Source of the DNA: Acidimicrobiia bacterium
Lineage (GTDB): Bacteria; Actinomycetota; Acidimicrobiia; Spongiisociales; UBA11373
Direction: 5' to 3'
DNA length: 21,082 nucleotides
Assembly (NCBI GenBank): GCA_040878325.1
Contig: JBBDMM010000018.1
Coordinates: 62,001-83,082, forward strand
Shown: one piece after another, positions 1-7,627 of the stretch
Position numbering within the stretch: the stretch's first letter is position 1
Layout: each line of letters starts with the position of its first letter
Program-made: the position numbers and the translations under genes
Notes under the pieces: model-generated
Told to the model about the DNA's origin: nothing
What the model saw: the letters and a program-made list of their open reading frames with translations, nothing else
Databases searched by the model: none

Positions 1-2071
1 CGTCGACGGCGGGGTCGTGGTATTGCTGGGCACCGCTGCGGACTCGGTAATCGTCGGCGGCTACGGCTTGGTCGTCGCGCTCGATCGCGCCGCGGGTGCC
101 GAGCAGTGGCGATTCATCGATCCGAGCGGAGCCCTCCGGCCTATGGCCGCGTATGCGGGGGAGTTCGGAATCCACGTCATTCTCGACCGGCCTCACGAGG
201 GCGACACCGATCCCCCGGTGGTGATGACGTTCGACCGTGTCGACGGCTCGGTGATCTGGTCGAACACACTGGACGGCACCGGCCACCCGGACCTCGAACT
301 TCAAACCGGTTTCAATAGCAGCCGCCTCATCTTTGATCGACTGTTCGTGAAGACCACGGGCACCCTGCACGCGCTCGACGCCCGCACCGGAGAGATCCTA
401 TGGATTCATCGCTTCGCCGCCGTGCCGCACGAGAGCCACGGGCCGGCGCCGATCCTTTTCGACGGCGTCGTCCTCTACGTACCCGACCCCAACGGGGAGC
501 TGGTCGCATTGGAGGCTGACACCGGACAGCAGCGGTGGCGCCTCGAGGTGGAACCCGGCTACGTCGCCCCCGTCTCGAGCGACGGTGGCCTCTTGGTGTT
601 CGTCGACGGCGCAGGCGTGCACGCCGTCCACTCCGCCACCGGCGACCGAGTGTGGGACCATCCCATCGCCGACACCAGGACTCAGGCCGCCGTCGTCGGT
701 GACGTCGTGGTCGCGCTGGGCGCACGTCAGCTCATCGGCCTCGACGTCGCCACCGGTGACCCTTTGTGGAGCGCTTCCGTCGACCTCGAAATTGGCTATG
801 CCGTCCTGGCCGCCGGTGACGTGGCGGTGGCGGCCGCCGAGGACGGCGTGGTCGCGGTCGTGGCAGGCACTGGCGCCATCTTGTGGGAGCTCGACCGCGG
901 AGTCGCCGAGCCGCCCTTCATCGTCGACGACTCAATACTCCTTGCCCACCCAGACGACCAACGTACGACCGCGCTATATCCGGTCCGGCCGTCAACGACG
1001 ACCTTCGTTTGGCCAATGGGGTGGTCGGAGGCACCTGGCCACACGGTTGCCGGACGCACGTTTCCGACGACCGTCTGGACCGGGAGCGAGTACATCGTCT
1101 GGGGTGGCGAGAAGCCCAGCGACGATTGGCATACGACAGGTGCGGCATTCAGCCCGTCCGTCGGGCGCTGGCGTGACCTCGCACCAAGCCCACTCGCCCC
1201 GAGGAGCCAGCATGCAGCTGTCTGGACCGGCACCGAGGTTCTCATCTGCTGCGGCCGTCAAGTGGGCCCAGGCGCTTCTGCGGGGGCGTACCAACCCGCC
1301 ACCGACGCGTGGCGCACAATCCCTCAGCCTCCGATCTCCCCAAGCTTCGCCGAGGCAGTCTGGACCGGGTCCGAGATGATTGTCTTCGGCGGCGTTAGCC
1401 GCCTAGGGGCAGGCAACCTTCGGGGTGCTGCTGCTTACAACCCCGCCACTGGCACTTGGCGGACGCTCGCCGACCTTCCATATGGCATTGAGCGAGAAGC
1501 CGAGGCGGTGCTCGCCGGAGGCGTCATCTATGCCTGGCCCAGCGCCGGTCGCCCTGACGACGCCACCGCGCCACTCGCCTATCACATCGGCAACGACACG
1601 TGGCAGGTCCTCGCGGTGCCCTCCGAACTCGCCCTTCCTCTCTCGCCGAGCCTCGTGTGGACCGGAAGCGAACTCATTGCCTGGGGCCTCGCCCACGACT
1701 TCGGAGAGAGCTTCGGTGTCGGGGTGGCGTTCGAACCGACCACCGAGACCTGGCGATCCCTACCGCCCACCCCACTTCCAGCGACCAGTGGCTCCGACGG
1801 TAGTCAGGGAAGTCAGGGCGCGGTGTGGACCGGTACACAAATGATCGTCTGGACCGGTTGGATCGGAAGCGAGTGGGACGATCCAACGACCGCGATACTC
1901 GCATATGACCCCGTTGCTGACTCTTGGTCCCCCCTGGAACCTGCGCCAGTTCGTGGCGCAGGTCTGTGGCAGAACCCCCTCATCTGGACCGGCACCCAGC
2001 TGGTCGTCCGTCTCCCAGTAGAGGACACGGTGCTCGTGTATACGCCCGAGGCGATGCCACCGCTCGGATGA
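1..2071 (+). CDS. PQQ-like beta-propeller plus VWTG/Kelch-like beta-propeller protein (5'-partial)
   Basis: Frame is open from base 2. The N-terminal half has repeated 'ALDAxTGxxxW' PQQ/BamB-type motifs; the C-terminal half has about six '(V/I)WTG(S/T)(E/Q)...A(Y/F)xPxTxxWR' blades. The TGA stop lies inside the 34-bp repeat. Confidence 0.85.
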   Translation, partial: VDGGVVVLLGTAADSVIVGGYGLVVALDRAAGAEQWRFIDPSGALRPMAAYAGEFGIHVILDRPHEGDTDPPVVMTFDRVDGSVIWSNTLDGTGHPDLELQTGFNSSRLIFDRLFVKTTGTLHALDARTGEILWIHRFAAVPHESHGPAPILFDGVVLYVPDPNGELVALEADTGQQRWRLEVEPGYVAPVSSDGGLLVFVDGAGVHAVHSATGDRVWDHPIADTRTQAAVVGDVVVALGARQLIGLDVATGDPLWSASVDLEIGYAVLAAGDVAVAAAEDGVVAVVAGTGAILWELDRGVAEPPFIVDDSILLAHPDDQRTTALYPVRPSTTTFVWPMGWSEAPGHTVAGRTFPTTVWTGSEYIVWGGEKPSDDWHTTGAAFSPSVGRWRDLAPSPLAPRSQHAAVWTGTEVLICCGRQVGPGASAGAYQPATDAWRTIPQPPISPSFAEAVWTGSEMIVFGGVSRLGAGNLRGAAAYNPATGTWRTLADLPYGIEREAEAVLAGGVIYAWPSAGRPDDATAPLAYHIGNDTWQVLAVPSELALPLSPSLVWTGSELIAWGLAHDFGESFGVGVAFEPTTETWRSLPPTPLPATSGSDGSQGSQGAVWTGTQMIVWTGWIGSEWDDPTTAILAYDPVADSWSPLEPAPVRGAGLWQNPLIWTGTQLVVRLPVEDTVLVYTPEAMPPLG

Positions 2072-2096
2072 CATTCCCGCACGGTGGCCGAGGGGG
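2063..2096 (+). repeat. 34-bp dispersed direct repeat, copy 1
   Basis: CTCGGATGACATTCCCGCACGGTGGCCGAGGGGG; near-identical to copies at 5140 and 5236. Confidence 0.9.
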
Positions 2097-2172
2097 TAAG
2101 TTGTAGCCGGGTAGGCCCGTTACTCCCCACGTCGGCATAATCAGTCCGGCAACCATCGTGCAGGAGGTCGAG

Positions 2173-3450
2173 GTGAAGATCGCCATTCGGCTGGCCGGCC
2201 TTTCGCTCTTGGTTGCGGTTGCCGCTTGCGCGGACAACTCCGCTGAAGATTCCTCCTCGATCGAGGGGCGTTGGGTCCTGGAGTCTTGGGAGGAGAGTGG
2301 CGAGCGGATCACGGTCGAGGTCGGTGTCAACACGGTCGGCGAACCGTGGATCGAGTTCAGCGGCGACGCCACCGGAGCGGTCCGGACATTCGTCGGGTCG
2401 ACCGGATGCAACGGGATCCGAGAGACCGGTTATGAGTTCTCGGCGGGGTTCCTGGTTCTTGAGGAGGCCGTGGTGCAGGCGGTGGGGTGCGAGCCGAACA
2501 GGGCAGAGGAGATCCTTCTGGCCATGTTGTGGTACACCCCGGATGGTATCGAGGTCGCCCTCGAGACCGATCGGATGGAGTGGTTCGGCAGCAATCTCGA
2601 AGGCACCGTCTACCCACTGGTGTTCCGCCGCGACGGATCCCCACCCCCCGATGCTTCGTCAACTACTACGCCCTCAACGGATGACGGGCCAGCGGTACGG
2701 GTGTATGAAATCGAAGGCGTCGAAGTCGTCACGCCGACGCGCCTCGACGAGCTCCCAGAACAGGCGATGCAGGTCGAGTTCCTGGTAACGGTGATCGATT
2801 CGGGTGACGGTCCCGAGCTGTGCATCGGCGGGGTTGCCACCTCGCTTCCTCCGCAATGCTCGGGTCCTGTCGCTGCTGGCCTCAACATGGAAGGCTGGTC
2901 CGAGGAGTTGTACGGTGTTCAGTGGGGCGACAGATCCGTGGTGGTGACCTGGCCTCCCATCGACGGGATTGTCACAGTGGTCGCCGACTCCCCACTCATC
3001 CCCTGGGATGTCGAATTCCCGCCAGAAGCACTGCCGGCGGAGTGCCGCGACGTCGAGACCGCGGCAGGAACCGGAGCGATCAACGAATACGCCAACTCGC
3101 TCGGAGCCCGCAACGGTGGCCTTTACATCGCCAGCGACGGGACGCTCGTGCTCCAGGTGGTCGGCGACCCTGCCCCCGACCGTGCGGCGTTGGCGGAGTT
3201 CGGCGGAGCGTGCGTTGTAGAGGTCCCGCGCAACGAAGCCGAACAGCGCAGCATCCAGGATGCCCTCGACCCGCTTCTCGCCGACCTTCCAGAACTCGCG
3301 AGGTACGCCGTCGGCACTAGCACCGGCGCAGGCGGACGCGTGGTGGTCTACGTCCCCGTCGCCGACAGGGCAATTGCACGGGCGATCGGAAACCTGGTCG
3401 ACGACCCCACAGCAATCAGGATCGTGGGACTCGGGATCCTCGATCGGTGA
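2173..3450 (+). CDS. Lipoprotein with META (HslJ-like) domain and actinobacterial C-terminal domain
   Basis: GTG at 2173 after AGGAGG; lipobox VAAC; META signature 'GRWVLESW...FVGSTGCN...AVGC'; second domain 'GPELCIGGVATSLPPQCSGP'. Confidence 0.8.
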   Translation: MKIAIRLAGLSLLVAVAACADNSAEDSSSIEGRWVLESWEESGERITVEVGVNTVGEPWIEFSGDATGAVRTFVGSTGCNGIRETGYEFSAGFLVLEEAVVQAVGCEPNRAEEILLAMLWYTPDGIEVALETDRMEWFGSNLEGTVYPLVFRRDGSPPPDASSTTTPSTDDGPAVRVYEIEGVEVVTPTRLDELPEQAMQVEFLVTVIDSGDGPELCIGGVATSLPPQCSGPVAAGLNMEGWSEELYGVQWGDRSVVVTWPPIDGIVTVVADSPLIPWDVEFPPEALPAECRDVETAAGTGAINEYANSLGARNGGLYIASDGTLVLQVVGDPAPDRAALAEFGGACVVEVPRNEAEQRSIQDALDPLLADLPELARYAVGTSTGAGGRVVVYVPVADRAIARAIGNLVDDPTAIRIVGLGILDR

Positions 3451-3520
3451 GGGCGTGGTGGAAGACACTTCTGGCTGCAGGGATGGGGGCGTACGATGGG
3501 CGGTGAGCCAGGGGTGACGT

Positions 3521-4834
3521 GTGAAACGCGTGGCGGGTCTTCTCGCAGTGGTGCTTGGGGCGGCGGCGTGCAGCGACGGATCGGTGCAGGCGACGCCAAC
3601 CCTCACGGACACCACCACGAGTTTCGGCGCGGCAACCACTGCGGCCCCGCCGCAGAGCACCACCACGACCCCTCAGGTCGTGACGATCTCCTACGGGTCG
3701 CTCTTCCTGATCCGGTCCATACCGGAGCGCACCTCCACTGACGGCTTGGACATCCAGGTGAACCGCCCGCGGTTGTCCGGCTTCGATCTTCGACCTCAGA
3801 TCCCAACCGTGGTCAACAACCAGCTCGATGCGTTCCTCGACAGTCGGCGGGCGACGTACCTCCCTAACCCGGATCTCGGAGGGCCACCGGCCGAGTACAG
3901 CCTCGACTTCGAGGTGCTTTGGCTTGAGGAGGATGCTTGGCCCGTGCTTTCGATCGTGTACACGGAGACCGCCTTCCGGGCTGACAGTTCTGTGCCGAGC
4001 ACGGAGCGGTTCGTCCTTCTCTTCGATCTCCCGACCGGCGATCGTCTCGCCCTTGCCGACATGCTGACGCCAGAAGGCGTGGAGGAGCTACAGGCTCTGG
4101 TCTATGAGCAACTCGAGGGCGTTCTGGGCGAGGGCTTCTGCTGCTTCGAACCTGGCGCCCTGGTAGAGAAGGTGGGCTTTGCTGCCGACGGCTTGGTGGC
4201 ATACGTGGACGCCTCCGACGGTATCCCGGAAGAGGTTGGCCCTTCCTCCTTCCTGATTCCTTGGGCGGAGGTGGCCGATAGCATCGATATGAGACAGCGG
4301 TTCCTGGCCCGACGTGCGGTTGAGCAGGGGCGTTGCTCAGCTCAGGGCGAGGACTGGGTGCTCGAAGACCAGGCCGGGCTGCCCGAACCGGTGGTAGCGA
4401 AACGTAGGGCCATCTTCGAGGCTGCGCTGGCGTGTGACTTTGAGGGCCTCGAAGCTCTGGCCGGGTTGGATGAGCCGTACTCGCTGTGGGGTTTCGTCAG
4501 CACGATGGGCGGCTCGGCAGAAGCCTGGTGGGAGGGCGAGGCCTCTGGAGACGCTCCTGTGTGGTTCCTTGCTCGCACCCTCAATCTCTCCTACGTGCCG
4601 GAGGCGTACAGCTTCGGCGAAGACCAGACGTTGGAGTGGCGCGGCTACGTTTGGCCCGCCGCCGCCTCCGACGAGGGTTGGCTCAGTGTGCCCGCCGATC
4701 AGAGGGCCGAACTCGCTGATCTGTACGGGGATGAGTCGATGGCCTCCTACTCTGAATATGGGTGGTTCACCGGATACCGGGTCATGATCAGCGATGACGG
4801 TACCTGGTGGTACTTCGGCTTCGGAGGCGACTGA
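3521..4834 (+). CDS. Lipoprotein with DUF3298/RsiV-PdaC-like domain and uncharacterised C-terminal domain
   Basis: Signal MKRVAGLLAVVLGAAAC, Thr-rich linker, 'FDLPTGDRLALADML...GLVAYV...GPSSFLIPWAEV', then 'LPEPVVAKRRAIFEAA...YVWP...GYRVMISDDGTWWYF'. Confidence 0.75.
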   Translation: MKRVAGLLAVVLGAAACSDGSVQATPTLTDTTTSFGAATTAAPPQSTTTTPQVVTISYGSLFLIRSIPERTSTDGLDIQVNRPRLSGFDLRPQIPTVVNNQLDAFLDSRRATYLPNPDLGGPPAEYSLDFEVLWLEEDAWPVLSIVYTETAFRADSSVPSTERFVLLFDLPTGDRLALADMLTPEGVEELQALVYEQLEGVLGEGFCCFEPGALVEKVGFAADGLVAYVDASDGIPEEVGPSSFLIPWAEVADSIDMRQRFLARRAVEQGRCSAQGEDWVLEDQAGLPEPVVAKRRAIFEAALACDFEGLEALAGLDEPYSLWGFVSTMGGSAEAWWEGEASGDAPVWFLARTLNLSYVPEAYSFGEDQTLEWRGYVWPAAASDEGWLSVPADQRAELADLYGDESMASYSEYGWFTGYRVMISDDGTWWYFGFGGD

Positions 4835-5098
4835 ATCCTCATCCAGGGGTCGGAGCCGGCCTCGCGCTCTCAAACGCGGGACAGCCGGAGCGAGAACTCG
4901 ACCCTGGTGATCTTTCCGAGGGGGCCAGAGGGTCTCGTGCTGCTTACTTCGCCCCGTTCTATACCGCTCATTCCAAGCGTCAAGATCCCGCACCAGGCCG
5001 ATCGATAGGCCGAGATCGGCTAGCGAGCGGACCGGACCCTCGAACTCATCTCGCAACGGCGAGTCGGTGTAGTCAGCGGCGAGAATCAAGTACCTCAT
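4835..5098 (-). pseudogene. Probable degraded small hypothetical gene
   Basis: ATG at 5098 gives the protein-like MRYLILAADYTDSPLRDEFEGPVRSLADLGLSIGLVRDLDAWNERY. There is no stop before it runs antisense into the 3521-4834 gene. The 3' boundary is approximate. Confidence 0.4.
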
Positions 5099-5139
5099 CC
5101 CAATCGAACCCTGCTTCGCCCCATCTGAGGGACCGTCGC

Positions 5140-5173
5140 CTCGGATGACATTCCTGCACGCTGGCCGACGGGG
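5140..5173 (+). repeat. 34-bp dispersed direct repeat, copy 2
   Basis: CTCGGATGACATTCCTGCACGCTGGCCGACGGGG. Confidence 0.9.
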
Positions 5174-5235
5174 CGGCTGTGTTACCCGTCGTCTGATACC
5201 TCGCATGTCTCGCGGGGCACATTCCAGCCGCTCAG

Positions 5236-5269
5236 CTCGGATGACATTCCCGCACGCCGGCCGAAGGGG
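5236..5269 (+). repeat. 34-bp dispersed direct repeat, copy 3
   Basis: CTCGGATGACATTCCCGCACGCCGGCCGAAGGGG. Confidence 0.9.
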
Positions 5270-5357
5270 GGAGCGCTCCTACTTTGGGGGCCGCCATACA
5301 CTGACACAGACCCGTTCGACTACTGAGTAGTTCTGACGTCTTACCGGAGAGGTCACC

Positions 5358-5843
5358 GTGTCCGCCATGGGGTTGCGACAACGAACTTGCCGAGCCTTGG
5401 CAATGGCGGTTCTCAGTGTCGCGGCTGCCTGTACCACCTCGACTGAAGGCTCCCCGAGACTTTCTCAGGATGGTCCATTCGTCCAACACGATCCCGAGGG
5501 CTTGATCGTTGAGGCATCGTGGGTTGATCCGACCGGTAGGACGCCGGCTCTCCCTGCCCTGTTGCCCCGTGACGGTCCGGGTGCGGTGCTGATCGATCCA
5601 CCAAGCCCGAACACCCTTCGGATTGCCTTGAATGGCAGCGGATGCGTTCCTGAGGTGTGGCTCGCGGTTGACCATGGCCTGCCGAACCTGGTGCTCGCGA
5701 TTACCGTCTCGGCGGCCATACCCGAACAGGGCATCCAGTGTCCGGCGTTCGCAACGACGCATGCCTTCGACATCGAGTTCACTGACTTGACCGGGGTCGG
5801 CAGTGTCAACCTCGTCGTAACCGAAAGCGGACCGCGCGCATAG
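5358..5843 (+). CDS. Small hypothetical lipoprotein
   Basis: GGAGAGG upstream; lipobox 'AVLSVAAAC'; paired Cys (GSGC...C). The start could alternatively be 5367 or 5403. Confidence 0.65.
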   Translation: MSAMGLRQRTCRALAMAVLSVAAACTTSTEGSPRLSQDGPFVQHDPEGLIVEASWVDPTGRTPALPALLPRDGPGAVLIDPPSPNTLRIALNGSGCVPEVWLAVDHGLPNLVLAITVSAAIPEQGIQCPAFATTHAFDIEFTDLTGVGSVNLVVTESGPRA

Positions 5844-5949
5844 TCGCCTTGGGCATCGGGGGTTCGGGATGGGAACCCTCAGCACAGCGTGGCAGGCCGC
5901 GGGTAACGGCGAGCGCCCCGAAAGCTGCTGGCTTCTGGTGTCCGAGGCT

Positions 5950-6285
5950 TCAGGCGGGTACGACGGTGCGCTTGCGACCTTTCGATCGAGACCTCGTCGG
6001 GGAGTCATCAACGACCCTGAACTCAATGCGATGTCCGAGCGCTGCGGCGTATCTTCCGAGTGTCGAGGCTCGAGCGTCGGAGTCGCCGGATTCGAGGCGC
6101 GCGATCGCAGACTGCGACGTACCCATCAGGGCGGCGAGCTGCGTCTGCGAGATCGAACGCTCAGCACGGATCGCGGCCAATTGTCGAATTAGCGCGCGCC
6201 GCTGAAATGCGGCCTCTACCAGTTCCGCGAAGCGTTCATTGGTTGAGCTCCGCTCGTGGACCAGTTCAGTGAGAAAGTCTTCCAT
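5950..6285 (-). CDS. XRE-family HTH antitoxin (HigA-like)
   Basis: 'IRAERSISQTQLAALMGTSQSAIARLESG...STLGRYAAALG' HTH_3 pattern; lies downstream of the toxin. ATG 6285 preferred, GTG 6315 possible. Confidence 0.85.
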   Translation of the reverse strand: MEDFLTELVHERSSTNERFAELVEAAFQRRALIRQLAAIRAERSISQTQLAALMGTSQSAIARLESGDSDARASTLGRYAAALGHRIEFRVVDDSPTRSRSKGRKRTVVPA

Positions 6286-6321
6286 TGCCTCGCCTCTGCT
6301 CTTCTTCTTCGGCACAACATT

Positions 6322-6357
6322 GCCATATCGTTAGTGAGATCGCAACAACGATATAGC
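6322..6357. promoter_or_regulatory. Inverted repeat, candidate antitoxin operator
   Basis: GCCATATCGTT-N14-AACGATATAGC (perfect 8-bp core arms 6325-6332 and 6347-6354) in an AT-rich gap between toxin and antitoxin. Confidence 0.55.
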
Positions 6358-6364
6358 GACGGGT

Positions 6365-6715
6365 TTATTCCCGTGCCCGACTTCGCCAGTCGGCGAGTCT
6401 GCGCCGGGCCACTTGGATTGTGCTCTGGGGGGTCTTCTGGCTCTTCTTCGAGATCGCCTCCAGGGCAAGCAGGACCTGATCATGCTTGCCCTCGGTCGCA
6501 TACAGAATCCGAAATGCTTGGCGGCCCGCGGCCGCCCGAACCTCGTAGATATCCCCACCTAGATGGTGCGCGATTTGATTGCCGTTGAGCTGAACATCCT
6601 TCATGCCCGCAATCACTGCAGCCGCATCGGTGTCAGACAGGCCGTCGATGAAGTCCTTGACCGGGCTTCGCCCGCTCGGAGTCCGATAGTCACGCCAACG
6701 CCGTTTGACAGCCAC
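6365..6715 (-). CDS. RelE/ParE-superfamily toxin (Gp49/HigB-like)
   Basis: 'YRTPSGRSPVKDFI...HLGGDIYEVR...FRILY...LLALEAISKKSQKTP...ARRRL'; toxin-first order. Confidence 0.85.
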   Translation of the reverse strand: MAVKRRWRDYRTPSGRSPVKDFIDGLSDTDAAAVIAGMKDVQLNGNQIAHHLGGDIYEVRAAAGRQAFRILYATEGKHDQVLLALEAISKKSQKTPQSTIQVARRRLADWRSRARE

Positions 6716-6808
6716 CCGGGCACAGTAATTGGAGCTCCGTCAGCAGAGGCTTACGCCCGGCGGTGGTGTTCGCCGAGCTGGCACCGGTACGCGGGGCGAG
6801 AGGGAGAC

Positions 6809-7627
6809 TCAGATCTCTGGCAACAACGCGTCGAGGAGTCGCGTGAACTTTTCCCGCGCCTTGTTTGCCGTTTCCGTTACTTCTTCGTGGCTGAGGGGGG
6901 TGGGGGAGATGCCGGCGGCGAGGTTGGTGACCAGGGAAATGCCGAGTACGTCGGCGCCCATGTGGCGGGCGGCGATGGCTTCGGGCACCGTCGACATGCC
7001 GACGAGATCGGCACCCATCCGCTTGGCCATTTGCACCTCCGCCGGGGTCTCGTAGGAGGGACCGAGGAACCAGGCGTACACCCCTTCCTTCAAGGGAACT
7101 CCCACCCGGTCGCCGACCTCCTTCGCCAATGTTCGGAGTCGCTCCGGGTACACGGTCGACATGTCGGGGAACCGTGGTCCCAGCCGGTCGTCGTTGGGTC
7201 CGGCAAGGGGATTGCGGCCGGTGAGGTTGAGGTGATCTCGAATGAGGACCAGGTCGCCGGGTTCGAATCCATCACCCAGGCCGCCGGCGGCGTTGGTCAG
7301 CGCGATCGTTCGACAACCCGCGAGCACTGCGGTCCGCACCGCGAATACCACCTCGGGCATCTCCCAGCCCTCGTAGGTATGGACCCGTCCCGCCAGGATC
7401 ATCGCCGGGCCTTTCTCGAGTTCGACGGAGAAGAGCGCCCCGGCATGGCCCTCGACCTTGGGGGTGGGGAACCCGGGGATGTCCGCGTAGGGGAGTTCGA
7501 TTGCGCCGGGCAGGTTGGCGGCATACCCGCTCAGCCCTGACCCGAGCACGATCGCCAGGTGGTGCTCGGGTCGGCCGGTGCGGTCCCCGATGGCGACCCG
7601 GGCGGCGGTCAGGGCTTCGTAGGTCAT
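6809..7627 (-). CDS. punA: Purine-nucleoside phosphorylase (trimeric PunA/XapA type)
   Basis: 'VLGSGL', 'GRVHTYEG', 'TNAAGG', 'GPSYETPAE', 'VGMSTVPE', 'VTNLAAG', 'HEEV'. Confidence 0.95.
   Translation of the reverse strand: MTYEALTAARVAIGDRTGRPEHHLAIVLGSGLSGYAANLPGAIELPYADIPGFPTPKVEGHAGALFSVELEKGPAMILAGRVHTYEGWEMPEVVFAVRTAVLAGCRTIALTNAAGGLGDGFEPGDLVLIRDHLNLTGRNPLAGPNDDRLGPRFPDMSTVYPERLRTLAKEVGDRVGVPLKEGVYAWFLGPSYETPAEVQMAKRMGADLVGMSTVPEAIAARHMGADVLGISLVTNLAAGISPTPLSHEEVTETANKAREKFTRLLDALLPEI

Noticed and set aside
1070..2000. Recurring GTCTGGACCGG DNA motif
   Set aside because: It simply encodes the VWTG motif of the propeller blades.
2063..5269. 34-bp repeats as a CRISPR array
   Set aside because: Spacing is about 3 kb and 62 bp rather than regular 30-40 bp spacers, and there are no cas genes in the window.
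5864..5906. Further degenerate repeat copy after the small lipoprotein gene
   Set aside because: Shares GGATG, GCAC and GGCCG but needs several gaps; not distinguishable from chance by eye.
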